A program made the position numbers and the translations under genes. Below the pieces are notes generated by a model. The model was not told the origin of the DNA and did not search any database. It was given only the letters and a program-made list of their open reading frames with translations. DNA of 34,136 bases from Catajapyx aquilonaris (taxonomy: Eukaryota). The stretch spans positions 1-34,136 of the forward strand of contig JYFJ02004207.1 of NCBI GenBank assembly GCA_000934665.2, read 5' to 3'. Below, one piece after another: positions 1 to 13,399 of the stretch (positions are counted from its first letter, which is position 1; the number at the start of each line of letters is the position of its first letter).

Positions 1-179
1 TGTATGTACACGTTATTTTCATTATCTTCGCATTAAAACTATAGAAGTTACAGCCATTTCCCAGTGCCTACTTACTTCCCACCCACCCTGTATATCTTAC
101 CATGTGTTGGTCTGTTTTAATTATGGAGAAAAAACAAATAACAATTTTAAGAAAAAAGAGCACCACGTAGTGATACTTC

Positions 180-380
180 AGGCATTTCATTGCATAATAC
201 ACAGGGACTATTGGGTGGGGAACATACAAAGGGTAGGTTAAATGCTGATCTTTCCTAATAACTTCTACATCTATGTGCAATAATTATGGACACATCCAGC
301 GTCATAAAATGTGGTCATTCAGCCGCATAATATGGTGTGGAACTACCTGACTTTTGCGAAATAGATCAGTGAAATTTTGT
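180..380. repeat. Diverged copy of ~8235-8435
   Basis: Shared gcatttcattgc, gactattgggtggggaacat, caaagggtag and cctaataacttc. Confidence 0.9.
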
Positions 381-699
381 TGTTTTGCACATTCTACGTC
401 ATTTCCCGGTCTTGACTTTTTGAAGTGAGGATGTGTGGACTGGTATTCTTGGCCGGAGGTGGCATCTGTAGTCATCCTTCTCTATTCATTAATATCAAAT
501 AGTTGTTCCTTAGGTGGAGTCTACAATGATGGTGGCTCTAGCACCAATAGTCTCTATGCGAAGCCAGCTTGAACAGTAATCCGGTGGCGGTTCTTTCCCA
601 TCTAATGGCAATGCATTTTATTGACGCTTCCTTGTTCTCAAGCAACACAGCGGCTCAAGTGGCAAAAATTCCATCAGCTGCATGGTGGTAATGGTGTAA

Positions 700-905
700 A
701 ACACAGTCAGGTGTAAAATGTAATTAACTCGTTGATGGATGGAATAGACTTCCAGCTTCTTACTCATATTAAGGGGCTAGATATCGCAATTCAGTTCAAT
801 GTTGCCCATGTTGATCGCCATGTGTGCTGTTTCATATTCGTGTCGGCACACACCAACAGCGTCTCATTCGTCCTGGAGAACACGCAGGACGATTCTACTT
901 ATTTT
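700..905. repeat. Diverged copy of ~8720-8930
   Basis: Shared caccaacagcgtctcattcg(t/c)cctggagaacacg..gga.gattctactta. Confidence 0.9.
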
Positions 906-1004
906 GCAGAAGTGTAAGCATGGCCTCCTGGTTTTTTCAATCTCTTTTAACCAACTAGGAAATTGTTGCCGGTGGTGATGAAGTGTCTATTGGTGTATTT
1001 CCTA

Positions 1005-1200
1005 TCTGCCTCAGCGGCGAGTTTCTCCTCTCTCAACGCTAGCATTTTCTCCCGAAAAATGCTGGAGTCACTTGCCATCCGGGAATGTTACATGTTACCA
1101 GTTACTGCATGTGTGAATAATATTATTATACCCACATAGTTGGACAGGTGTCACTTTGGCAGGCAGGTCTTTATTTAAATATGACAAGTTTAACTGATCC
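1005..1200 (-). repeat. Diverged copy of 16460-16660 (sequence downstream of the L core: KVTPVQLCGYNN...RMASDSSxFREKM)
   Basis: Shared blocks gctggagtcacttgccatccgg, catgttaccagtta and catagttggacaggtgtcactttggcagg occur in both copies in the same orientation. Confidence 0.9.
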
Positions 1201-1699
1201 GCATCCGCTTGCGCATCAAAATCTATGTGCGTATTAACAGGGTCCTTTGCTAATCTGTAATACGATGCTGCAATTCCTTGTCTATTTGTTACCCGCCAAT
1301 AATTTTGGCACATCGAAATTGCACATTTTGCGATGTTTGTTTATAGTTAACAGACCGGAAAACATTTCCGAGCAATATAGTGCATGTACTTACATTCGTA
1401 TATTTTGCAATGTAGCCGTGTTGATTGTTGTGTGGATACATCAAGTGCATTGCTTGTGATGCTGCACTGGTAAGAGAATGACGATATTGTTTCCTTACAT
1501 CAAAGGGTCATTGCTTCCCTGGTTATGCATTGGGAGATGCTTCAATTATTCGTCGACAAAGCCGCAGAGTCAACAATCCTATTGATTTATAAAATAATTT
1601 ACTTAATTTTTAGGCCGCAGTGTACAGTTACGTCAGTATTTAACATGGAATCCACAAAAGGCAAAGGTTCAGCAGCCTCGTCTGATGCTTCATTCCAAG

Positions 1700-2045
1700 C
1701 CAGGCAACCAACCGCTTCAGAAGACACCAGGCGAACCTTATTGTTGCGGGAGCTATTGTGAGTACTTTGATCGTTTGTTATTGTTATCTAGTGGTTCGAA
1801 GCCCACTCTCGCAAGCGTCGCTCATTGGGGGTTTTGTTACACTTTAACTGTACGAGTATGTTATCCAAATGCACCGTAGGTATTGATCTGGAAATGGCCA
1901 ATGTCAATTCACATTTTTGCCAACAAAGCCGTAAGTTCATTTTGCCGATCGAGCCCTCATTTCGAAGGGGATCCTTCTCCTCTGACATCTCGGAAGTGAT
2001 GGAGTTCGCAGGCACGTAGATGCTGCCTTGGTACTGTTGGCAAAG
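1700..2045. repeat. Unidentified module present four times (also ~10600-10900, ~13140-13335, ~19295-19595)
   Basis: Core atggccaatgtcaattcacatttt...caacaa is shared. The flanks (cttcagaag, gtggttc, tgccttg) are shared by most copies. Confidence 0.9.
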
Positions 2046-2189
2046 TTTTTTTTGACACTACTGTACTAGAATACGGTCAAAGGTTACAAAATGTGCTGAG
2101 AATATATCAGTTTGGCTTGGCTTCTGACTGGTAGCGGCGTTGGCAGCGATATGTTCTCTGGGCTTCATGGTATTCTGTACAGGGTGTTT

Positions 2190-2510
2190 CATAATGATAG
2201 CACAAACGTCTGCAGCGATACAGGTCCAAGCAATGACGAACCAAAATATCTTCTTGTTCTTTTGTAAAAATTATCCGATGGCGGCGGCCACCTGTATGCA
2301 TGGGAGTCTATGGCGCCAATCGACGGAGCCGGCAAGTTTGAGGCACACCATATCTGAGAAGAAAGTCGAGGCTAATTATGCCATGGAATACGCATGCTCA
2401 TGTCTGGCTTGCACTTTCTTTCACACTGTTTAGTGCGTTCTCTTTTGCACTTCTGATATGGACTCTCAGAAGGACTTGGATATGTTCTCCCCATTCTCCC
2501 CTACATGCTG
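2190..2510 (-). mobile_element. pogo/Tigger-type transposase N-terminal remnant (HTH_psq + CENP-B-type HTH)
   Basis: Translates RGEWGEH...SEVQK, then YGVPQT..RRL and GGRRHRIIFTKEQEDILVRHCLDL, typical of psq (YGVPKTTLxRR) followed by (T)VFTxEQExxL. Confidence 0.7.
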
Positions 2511-4029
2511 CCCTCGCCTTCACCGGATCTTAATTTGCAGATAAATATCAATAAGAATAATTATCAAATATTAACAAAGTTAGTGCCTTCCAGTCGGTAA
2601 TCTGACAAAATAACCTGATGTTCCTGCGGGTAATCAGGGAAATTTCTTTGGGGAAAAACTCTGCACCATTTCTATTTCATCTAAATCAACTGACGGTCAA
2701 ATGGGCAAATGATATAGAAGAATGGGCCTTGGTGATTCACCTTGCAGTGACACTCTTAATTCGTATTGGTATTAAACCATCAGCTAGGGTACAAGTAAGG
2801 GACGCTTTATCTAGTGTATCATAAAGTTATACGAGTCTCCGGGTCGTGTCCTGGACTATCCCAGTTTTTCTTGGAGGCTGTCGCCCTCTGAACATCGGTC
2901 TATTCTGCTGACTCACCAGGCCAGGAGTGGAAGAAGCCCCTGCTGCATGTGTTTTTGGAAGCGTCTTCATCTTCCATCTCCTGGTTGTCTTTCCCACTGT
3001 TGCCGTGCTAGCTGATGTGCTAGCGTGTGGGTTAAGTGTGCCAATACATTGACAGTCGCACAAATAGTTTCCAATTTGAAGTAAGCCCAAGCGGCAGTTA
3101 TTATTACAAAAGGCTACCTCCAAGGTATGGTAGCGTGTCCATTGCTGCCTAATTCATTCCTGTCTCTTCACTTGGGCATATTCGCCCGGTGTTTTGCATA
3201 ATCTGTGGCCTTGTTGATAGGACTTCAAAGTTGTCACCTTATATCCTCTGTCATGTATATTATACGATTAACCACCAGCACAGTCAATTCTAGTGAGAAG
3301 TTGCGCAACATACCTTCCCTATAATTCAATAATTCGGGAGCGAATTCTTGGAGGCTGGGTTTCGTTTGGTTTATATCCGGTGTAACACGCGTTATAGTAG
3401 GTTTCAGAGCTCCAAATGATATTTCATAGTCATCGGCTTTGCTGAGGTAAAAGAGAAGCTTCCAGTGTAGGTACAATAGATTTTTCTGATGTGTTGTTGC
3501 CCTTCGGCGTCTGGTTTATGACTGACTGTGTGCCTGGCCACCATCAGTCTGTATGGAATAGCATATTCTTTCTTATAAGGCTCTTCAAATTTACTCATTG
3601 CATTCTACGCAAGTGTCATTTATTTTTGTTCTTTTGCAATAACTGCATGGTTATAATTTGGGGCATTATTTGTATGGAATCGGTCATCATTAAGATTTAG
3701 CAAGAGTCCGCAGGGTCATGTACTGCTGCTTCTTCAGTGATCTTGAAGCTCACTTGTTAGAATTCAGGGTAATATAAAAATCCCCCTATTGTAGAGGCTC
3801 AGTTTTCCCGAATTTCATTTACGTAAGTTATATTCTTAATCTCATGAAATATACCTCACCTTGTAGTTCCAATATCTGTAACCTGCTTTTGGCTGTTGAA
3901 TTACGATATGTTGCCGATCCACGGTTAGCTAGAGGTTTCAATATTACCAGTGCATTTCATCACTAGTGTACCGAGATTGTGCGGAGAGATTACATTTCAC
4001 TCTCTACTAATTGGCCGTATTGGCAGTTG

Positions 4030-4466
4030 ATTTGACCTGGAGATGGATGGAGAAGCAGATCTAAGTCCAGTAAACAGACTTGCCAACCTCAAGAGTTTAT
4101 ATGCTACAGAAGTGACATCTTCCAGCCTTCTCTGCTTGTTGGACAAGTGCATGAGTCATCTTTACAGCTTGTCTTTATGCAGTGTGATGAAAGAACTTGA
4201 AGAATCTCAATTAGGATAACAATTTATCTTATTCATTTGTGTGCTGCCAACTTTTTCAAGATATAAGAGTGGAAGCTTTGCAAACACTGATGATAGATGA
4301 CGACTGCATGACAAAGGAAGTCATTCCAGTGATTTTGGGATCAAGTAGAGATGATTTACAATCCGTCTCTTTGTCGAGCAGTGAGTGTGATGAATTGTCC
4401 AACCAATTGCAGCCCTATGACATGAATTTTCGAAATTCGTGGTTTATACACCTAGTTCAAGTATGA
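4030..4466 (+). pseudogene. Possible decayed leucine-rich-repeat (F-box/LRR-like) gene fragment
   Basis: Translates LANLKSLYATEVTSSSLLCLLDKCMSHLYSLSL...EALQTLMIDD...DLQSVSLS, with LxxLxL-like periodicity, a stop and a frameshift. Confidence 0.3.
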
Positions 4467-5071
4467 GTCACATAAATAAGAACACGTCTTGGCAGTTAAA
4501 TTCCCAGGTACCTGTGGCCCAGCCCATGTCAATGTAATAGAAAATGTCATTTATTTTGATATCATAAATATTTAAAATTTAGATAACTGCTAATGTGTAG
4601 CCTACATCACCCCCAGACATAATTTTTTGAGAGTCACCCCAATGACCTGGTCTAGTGATATGTCACAGTGCAATGTGAAACCATAATGTGAAATCTGATA
4701 ATATTATGTAAAATGTGTCTCAGACTGTCCTTAGTAAAATATAAGAGGTAGGGGATAAATCTGCACCTTAACAACACGGTCGGGGTTGGGCGGCGGGGGG
4801 CCTCCCGACGGTTGGCAACGTTTCGTCGCAAACAATCGGGTGCCTATTGATACTGCTGCATGGTTACATGGAACTGTGCTTTATTCTTCTTTTCGGGCTT
4901 TCGGGGATTCAATTCGGTTTGTCTCGGTGTTGCTGTGTGGCTTTTTGCTACCGCAACAGTACTGTACTTTGTTGTGGCCCTGCCAGGCACAGTACGTCGC
5001 CCATGCGTGACATTTTTAGTTTTTGCGGAGCGAAAGCGGATCTGGGCAGTTATTGTGGGTTTGTATACGCG

Positions 5072-5254
5072 CAGGATGTGCAAAAATGACCTGTACAGCC
5101 TAAAATATGGGTCAAGGGGTCAATATGACCAGTTCATTTTATGCACGTTTTGCACCCATTGGGGTGGACTACCTACCCAACAAATTTGGTTAAAATCCAT
5201 TGGAAACTACAGGATGTGCAAAAATGACCTGTAGAGCCTAAAATAGGGGTCAAG
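5072..5254. repeat. 45-bp direct repeat (5072-5116, 5210-5254) inside a probable non-autonomous element (~4600-5500)
   Basis: caggatgtgcaaaaatgacctgta(c/g)agcctaaaata(t/g)gggtcaag occurs twice with 2 mismatches. Nearby aaatttggttaaaatcc and tgacctttgacccc motifs are common in invertebrate non-autonomous repeats. Confidence 0.7.
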
Positions 5255-6278
5255 CACATGAAATAGTATGAAAAATGAAAATACAGGACCTCATTTAAAT
5301 CATATTTCAAATATTCATTGCTATTATTAAAAATAATTGTAACAGTTTTACAGTAGCGGTGTAATGACCCGGAAGGGGGGGGGGGGCAATGACCCCAATG
5401 ACCCAGGTCAGTTTGACCTTTGACCCCTCATAGAACCCGAGATATCGAGGGTCAAAGATTGGTGAGCCACCTTCCAGGTCATTCCTTTTTTTGTGCATCT
5501 GTCATAAGGTGGTGAGCAAATTAATGACTGCTTCAATTCATCACTGAACCCTCATAGGTTTCGTAATTCTATTAATTGTGTTCGCAGGATATTTTGCATT
5601 CTTCCCTCAAGACTCTAATTTCTTCAGCTTTTAGGCCGAGGCGGAGCTCCTCTTCTGCCTGCCGGAGCGCCTCTTCTGCCTGCTCCCTATGGTCAGTCTC
5701 TAGAGGATCCAGAAAATTGGTTAGCAGACTTGTTTTAGTGCTATCAGGAGAATGTAGCTGACTGATAAGGCCGGCATTTGGGAACCTTATAAGTCAAAGT
5801 CTAGATTGTCAAAATCTTGCACTTTATTCTTACTTTGATCAATTATTCATCAATAATAATAATAATTTAATGAGATTTCCATGTCTCCTTACCTATCGTA
5901 ATGATGTTCATGCAATTGTCGATAAATGCACCTATTGTCGTACCTATGGTCGATGTTTCTGTAGTGAACTGCTCTCTGCAATAGGTCAAATTCATTAACA
6001 ATACAATCTGAGTGTTTAGATCTTCAACCCTACCCAGAAGCAGGTTTTGATTGGATGTGTATGAGAGGTAATATACTAATTGGTTCCATCCGCCAGCATC
6101 TCGGCTTCTACACCAGAGGTCTGCACATTTGTCAAAAGGATAGAAGAAAAAAATTGCTGTGTTCACATTACAACTGTACACAAATTAATCAGGCAACTCT
6201 CAAGCAGAAAATCCAAGTTGAGTGGGGAATCCCCTTCACTTTGTCATCCGTTGAGAGGAGAGGAGTAGTGAGGTGGCA

Positions 6279-6609
6279 CCCTTACCGAAATTTTCTCTAC
6301 CTCGCGGCGAGGTCGCGAGACGAGCTTATGGCCACCCAACCGCATACTAGCGGTTGTTTCATTTCGCTATGTCGCGGGCGAGGTCGCGGCCAGGTGGCGG
6401 TCGCGAGGTGGGCGGCGAGGTTGTCGCGATGTGGGCTGCAAGGCGGTCAGCGAGCTAGTCGCTAGGTATACCTAGCGACAACCTCGCCGCCCACCTCGCC
6501 GCGACCTCGCCCGCGACATAGCGAAATGAAACAACCTCTAGTATGCGGTTGGGTGGCCATAAGCTCGTCTCGCGACCTCGCCGCGAGGTAGAGATAATTT
6601 CGGTAAGGG
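6279..6609. mobile_element. Foldback MITE (331 bp) with long terminal inverted repeats
   Basis: Starts cccttaccgaaatt and ends aatttcggtaaggg. Arms of ~110 bp are near-perfect inverted repeats, with an internal perfect 22-bp palindrome gtcgctaggtatacctagcgac (6458-6479). GC-rich compared with the flanks. No clean TSD. Confidence 0.9.
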
Positions 6610-8084
6610 CGTACAATGCAGTCCCATTATTGAGCATATTATAACATGAATGTAAGGACTATGCCTTGGGTTTTCACTCTGAGGCTTTATATGTAATAGA
6701 AAATGATGGCCGGTAAATTTCTTTTTGTGTTCCAACATCACGGTGGCCACTGATAGAGAATCTAGCAGTTTTGGAGCAGGTTCCATGTTCTGCATATGTG
6801 AAAGAGTAATAAAGGTCCTATGCTTGCATTAAAATTTTACATGTTGTCCAAACTGTCGGCATCATCCCTGAGTTATCTTTTAATTTGTTTGAGAGGAATC
6901 CCATGCTTTCTCACTAATTACAAATGCTTTACTGCATTCTTGGAGTTTAAATAACTATATATATTGTTTGGCTTGTTTTCTACATTGCTAGATTACTTTG
7001 GTTGTTAGTCCAAAGAGCAAACAAGTTGTGAGGACCTTTTCTTGACCTTCAGGGCTCCATCTCGTCTAGTGGTTCAGGGAATATGTTGCCTGGAGGGCTG
7101 AAAATGCCATTGTTTGTTGGTCTGTTGCTTTTGCACATTTCCGTCTTAGTTCATCGTGTCTGGAATTACTAGCGAACAATACAACTTGTGATTCCCTGGT
7201 TGTTCCGGCGTCTTCCTGCAATCAAATTGTGCAGGTTACTACACATAATAGTCTGTGAATGAACAATATTAATCCAGTAATACCCATTTGCAATTTTAAG
7301 TATTTTCTCAAGGACTGTAGAAATACATTATTTGACTTAGCGAGTTGTTTATTTTGCGTCCACTTTCACTTCATGGAGGTGCAAGATTTGTTCCCATCCA
7401 ACTAGAACATAGCTCCTTTCCAATTAAAGAAATATCACAGCTATGATTGGGAAGCAAAACCGAACTCATTTTCGCCAAAAATTGAGGGCTAAAGACATTT
7501 CTCTCACCTGAGTCTCTCGAGCTTCTTCGCTGTCCTTTTCTAGCATGTGTTGCTTCAAATTGGCTTCCCGGCGGAGTTTGGAATGTTTCGCAGCAGTGAG
7601 CGCACAGCAGAGGTTCCGTACTTTGTACGCCTGGTTCCTTTGCCTGTCGATAGCCAAGTAGATGCTGGAAATAAATCACCCTATTTGGCAAATCGTTGAA
7701 ATACTTTTCAGGGTTTGAGCCTATACACAGAAGATGTGCGATATCTCCTGGCAAAAAAATCCGCGAAAAATTGATATCGTCCTGGATTAGGATTGACCTT
7801 ACATAGGCATTGAAGTAAATATTTTTACACATTGACCATGAAATGTGTCTTTGCCCTGGTAAATGTCAACAGTGAATTCGTGTGATGTATAATGATTTGT
7901 GGCACCATTTAGGGCAGTTGGAAATCATGAACTGAATTAAACGTCTGCCTCTCATGTCGACTATTGGGTCAGACGAGCTTCGATTTGACTTAATGGTTGT
8001 AACTTCATCCCATGCAGCGTTTCTTATCTTCCCAATCTTGAGATGATGATTCTGACACTGTTCAAACTGTTAAAGTAGCAAGTT

Positions 8085-8205
8085 TATTTCTCAATATAGG
8101 CGCTACTTGATATTTTCAGCTCTGGCTGTAGCACCCGCCAGCTATACACTTTTGCTGATGCCCAGGCCAAAATAGATGGTTGTGGAAGGCCTGCATTATT
8201 GAATG
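8085..8205 (-). pseudogene. Paralogous fragment of the bunya-like L EVE
   Basis: Translates FNNAGLPQPSILAWASAK, matching FNIAGLYQPPILACASAK at ~16.9 kb. DNA at 8170-8205 resembles 16921-16956. Confidence 0.55.
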
Positions 8206-11200
8206 GTAATAATCCCACATGTGTTCCTTAATCTCTGCATTTCATTGCTTAATACACTGTGACTATTGGGTGGGGAACATGCAAAGGGTAGATTAATGCT
8301 GCTCCTTCCTAATAACTTCCACAGCCAAAGAGAATTATTATCATGGCCACATCTAGCGTCACAAAATGTGGTTATTTTTATCCATATAACATTGCTTGAA
8401 ACAACTTGACCTAAAGGTGTTGCGAAATGGATCGAAGTGATCCTGGAGCATTTTCCTTTGGTTTTCATTGGTCACTCTACAACGGATTTTTTATTAGTTC
8501 AATAATTTTCCTCGCCAATTTGGCCTGTTTCGGGTTGTTTCGGGTTCATTCCCCAATCCGCCTCGAATGGACTGAGGGTATTTCCCTATACTAAGCGCTT
8601 GCCCCCAATGATTTGGAATCATATTGGTCCTGGTTCGGTCCAGCTAAATCTGGGATGCGCACTGTTCAAATTGTGTTCCGTATGAAAAAAATTACAATCA
8701 ACTGTATGGTGATAATGCTGTAAAACTTGAGTCGAGATTAAAAAATTAATATTACTCGTCTAAGGATGGCATTGTCTGATTGCTTGTTCTTCCTGGTAAG
8801 GGGCTGGGTGTCCCAATTCGGTGTATTGTTGCCGACGTTGTTGGCCACGTATGTTGTTTCATTTTCGAATCGGCACGCACCAACAGCGTCTCATTCGCCC
8901 TGGAGAACACGTAGGAAGATTCTACTTACGTATTTGGCTTAGATTTTCCTGGCCAGTTTTGGCTGTCGAGGGTCATGTTGAAGAGGAGTCCCCCTATTAA
9001 ATATAATTTTCTTGGTCCCGATTCGGCCCAGCGAAACCACGTCATATGCACTGTACTTATATCGTATGAGGTCTGTCAATATGTGACCCAGGGTTGCATC
9101 CTGATTTTGTGATTGATGTACGAGTATAAGCTACCATGGTCCTCAGGCGTACTTTGTTTTCCTGCACATTCGATGCAGAATTCGCATTGTAAGTAGAAAA
9201 ATTTGCATTCTATCATTGTCTAAGGCCTATGGAATACCCACTCTCGTGTACGTCTTTGGATCATATTGGATTTTCCCGGTAATTCGGCATGGTTCAGTCC
9301 CTGCTGGTGGAAGGCCACAACTGTCCTTCTCTGTAATCATGTTTGCGTTCTGTATGAGTAAACAATTGGGGCCAGTTCAACAATAATATTGCAAGCGCAA
9401 GCTAGTTCTATGCACCGATCATGGTAATCAGCATCTGCGGAACAGTCATATGGCACCAAAGTGACAGTGGATCACATGCTTTCCCTGGATTGTGAGTCTG
9501 CGAGAGAACTTTCCACACAGCTGATGATAATAGTTGAACATCAGTGTCTCCTATGTCCATTCCCTTCCTCTGACTACTACATTCAATTACATTTCTATTG
9601 CAGGGTGCATGAATTTTTATGAACGTGAAATTTATTTGCCCAGAGTGCATAATAGGACTTATCAATTTCCAATGGCACTGAAATTAAATTGTCCACCTTA
9701 CTATTTCTGTTTTACTGAATATAATCATTTTTATTACTGCTATGGAATCCTTTCCAATTGTTAGTGTTCAGTTGTCTTGTGTGAGGAAAGGGCATAATCA
9801 CATGGCCGTTTGTGAACGTAGTAATATTACTTCACTAACAAGGCCAGTTCAGCTTGAAACTGGAAAGTGGAGGAAATATTAAGAATACTATTCAAGATGC
9901 TCCAGCATGTTTAAGCCGGTAATATTTTGGCATACCACGTGGTATCAATACTTCTGTCTAATTCTTCATAATGTGAAGATGGTAGAGTAATTATGTGAAG
10001 TTGGTAGAGTAATTATTATTTGAAATATTATTAATCAGAAAGTGCACGTGACACCTACGGCATTTTTTGTCGTATCAAACAGTTTTGCTTCAGATCAGGG
10101 CATCTCACTATTGTGCCTTTGAACATGAGGGATACTTCTTGCTGATCTGCACTTATGATGGGTGCCACCGGACATCTACGGTGACACCTATCTGGCACAA
10201 TAGAGTTCCACAAGAAAAATTCGCAGGAATTATTGGTGCCGTGGGTCTAATATACGCAGAGTATACATGCTCGACGCCCTTCTTCATGCGGATACGTGAT
10301 CATTGTGTTGGAACACAAGGAATAACAAATGTTTACTAGTATGCAACTTATTAAGCCCTGTGGCACCAATCCAAACGCTTTCACCTTTGTACTGTACAAT
10401 ACAAAGGGATAGTCTTTTTGAATGGACACCTGCAGGATTTTACAAATGAAAATATAGTTGCCTATAATGATCAGCATGGGACTGGCGAATGTCGTCGCCA
10501 CACTTGCTGGAATCACCTTCATCTTGCTGGATTGGTCTTTCTTCAAAAAGGTTTCATAGACCGTCTCTTTTCGACTTGGATCACAGTGGTTACCCTTACA
10601 ATGACAGCCGCTTCAGAAGACAGGAGGCAAGCCTTTTTGTTGCGGGCGCGAGTGTGAGTACTTTGACCATTTGATACTGTTATCCAGTGGTTCATAGCCC
10701 AATCTAGTACTCGTCGCTCTTTGGGGATTTTTTTACACGAAAGCAACTAGTTACTGTCGTCGTAATGTGGAGATGGCCAATGTCAATTCACATTTTCGCC
10801 AACAATGTAAGTTCATTTTGTCGACTGGCCATTTCCAGGGAGCTCCTTATCTTCTGATCTCGGTAGGGATAGAGATGCTGCCTTGATGCTGTTGGCATAG
10901 ATCATTGAAACTACTAGCGTATGTCCAAATTTGGAGAGAACATTGGTGTCCCTGAATAATGGGTGGCCTTGTTCACTAGCTGCTCTGTTTTCCGCTGGTC
11001 GGGTTTATTTTGTCGACTTGCGCGGTGTTATTATTGACTGAACTGATGTTGTCTTTCGTGCGCGTTGAGTTCCCTCATTGTCTGTCGCTTGCTATTAGCG
11101 AGATGGGTTTATCAGTTGACGTATTGCATAGTTGTTCTCATGGTTTTTCTTGTTTCTATTATTAGTGACTTTGTAACATAAGTACAACTGCGATTAGTCT

Positions 11201-11711
11201 TGAGCGTGTTTTTCCTCTGTAGTGCGTGAGGCACTTGATTGTTGATTATTACGGTGTTTCTTGATGGGCGTTTCTGTTCTGAGGTGCCCGGGGTCTAGGG
11301 CCTATTGGCCGGGTCGACCCTTGAATCTTACCTTGGTCGACTTATATAATAATTGAAAACTCTTTTGGTTGAGCCTCGGATGGAATTCCTCATATCCCAG
11401 AAGTACGCGTACTTCTTAATGTCTTTTCCAGAGACCGCGGCATCCGATGCTCTGAGTAGTGCCATGGATGGCGTGTTCTGAATGATTTGTGGCCCATTCG
11501 GCATTGCAAGTCTGTTCCTGTAGTTGTTCTTGGAGGCCGTCGCCCTCTGAACATCGTTCGGGCAGTTGAACTCTTTCTGTCGGAATCTGCTCCGCCGACT
11601 GGACACCTTCCGTTTTCGCCGTGCTAACCTGTGAATGAAACTAATCTGACATATCTTCTTACGCCTCCAGGCAGCCATCTTGTTATGAAAGGCGTTAATG
11701 GCATAAAAACC

Positions 11712-11830
11712 GGCTGTAAATATTGTCTCCCAACAATGGTAACAGTTTACAAGTTTTATTCGGCTCTATTGTGTTCTGTAATTACACAGGATTCTAAACT
11801 TGCTTGTATGTGCAGCACTCAAAATATTAA
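11712..11830. repeat. Diverged copy of ~19093-19215
   Basis: Shared gctgtaaatattg(tg)tctcccaacaatggt..cagtttacaagttttattcggct..attgtgttctgtaatta...tgtatgtgcagcactc. Confidence 0.9.
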
Positions 11831-12505
11831 TTAATATTATAATATCAATAACGTCACGTGGCCGTATCCTGACACATCGAGGGTGAAAAGTTGACGGAAT
11901 GTCTGCAGAGCGGAGAGATTAAAGTCTGAATAATAATTATGATCAAATGCAAAAACATTGTTCTTTCAGATTTTTGAATAAATAGTTTTTTTTTTTTTAA
12001 ATCTGAAACCTTTTATTGTAAAAGCTGAATTTATTCCTTATGGTTGTAATTTGGGCATTATTTGTATGGAATTTATTATCATTAACATGTAGCAAGAATC
12101 TGGAACGAAGAGCTGAAAACTGAAAGTTGACCACTGCTTGGAGATTTATGAAGTGATATTTATGCAATGGTGCCAAGATATGTCCTCCAACGTGCCTATT
12201 TATTTCACCCCGCTGCTTTTTCCAAACGGAACTATGGGCAGAACCAATGTCTAACGAGTTAGAATATTTATTTGGTGACCTTTCAGCTGTGTGAAGCTAT
12301 TGATAACAGAAGTCCTAGATCGATGAGCACCTTTTCGCAATGTTGTAACATCAAATATCCAGTGCCTTTTCTAGATACTCATTCAATCTAGGCTCAGCAG
12401 AGGTTGGTTGTGTTTGTGTATGATTCTTATTGTAGGGGCATCTATTCTTCACCACAGATTGTCGTCATATAGACGTGCTATCTAACTATACTATACTATA
12501 CTACA

Positions 12506-12911
12506 TTCGTCACAGCTTTAATCCCATTCAGGGGTGGCCAGTGATGACCAGATATCTGGCCATCTCGTTTGACCGATATAATCAACCCTCTGGTGACTGG
12601 TCAGACCACGCAGAGATCCCGAGGGTGCTGTTGACGGCTGAAGCCCAGGTGATGGAAAACGACCAGGATGGAAAACATGAAGACTTCTTCACTCGCACAA
12701 CCACTCCAGGCCACTTTTTCGTTGGAATTTGTGGTACATTACCAGTTCCATCTTGACCTGAAGCGTCCCCACGACATGATGAGCCATACTGCGTCTGGCC
12801 TGTTCTCCACCAACAAGTCGCATTCTTCCACTGTCCCATTTGCGTCGTTGCATCGCACTGGGACGCCGGCTTCAAGGCAGGACCCAACGTAGCGCTTGCG
12901 ATCCGGTGAAC
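12506..12911. mobile_element. ~400-bp insertion flanked by a 15-bp target-site duplication, probably a retroposed (LINE/SINE) fragment
   Basis: ctatactatactaca occurs at 12491-12505 and 12912-12926. The paralogous segment at ~24000-24070 lacks the insert. The - strand end (EMAR..WSSLATPEWD*) resembles an RTE-like 3' end. Confidence 0.7.
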
Positions 12912-13399
12912 CTATACTATACTACAGAATATAACAGTATAACCTGATGTTCTAGCAAATCTAGCGTGTATTCAGAGAAATTTTTCGTTAGGAAAACCTC
13001 TGTAGCTTTTCCATGTCATCTAAGTGAGCCAATGGCCAAAATAGGTGAATGATATAAAATAGCAGGAGTTCAAAGAGCACTTTTTTCTTATGTTATATCC
13101 TGCAGGGCTCGCTCTTGTCTAGTTGTTCAGGGGATATGTTGTCTGGGTGGTTCGAGGCCCACTCTTGCACTCGTCGCTCTTTATGTTGTTTTTTTTCACT
13201 TAAAAGGCGAGAAGTTCTTGTGATATGGCCAATGTCAAGATTTTCGCCAACAATGTAAATTAATGTTGCCGATTCGTCCCACATTTTGAGGGAGCTTCTC
13301 TTGACATCTGGGATATGGAGTTCGGAGGCATGTACAATGTATGTCGTAGTGATCATTGGTCAGTTGTTTCTCATTTTGGCCTAGCTGCTGACTGTCAGT

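Noticed and set aside
180..280. YPLYVPHP as the mononegaviral L GxxTxPHP capping motif
   Set aside because: It lacks GxxT and no other Mononegavirales motif (GDNQ, HR) was found nearby.
6055..6637. Arg/Ala-rich ORFs on both strands
   Set aside because: They are by-products of the GC-rich palindromic MITE.
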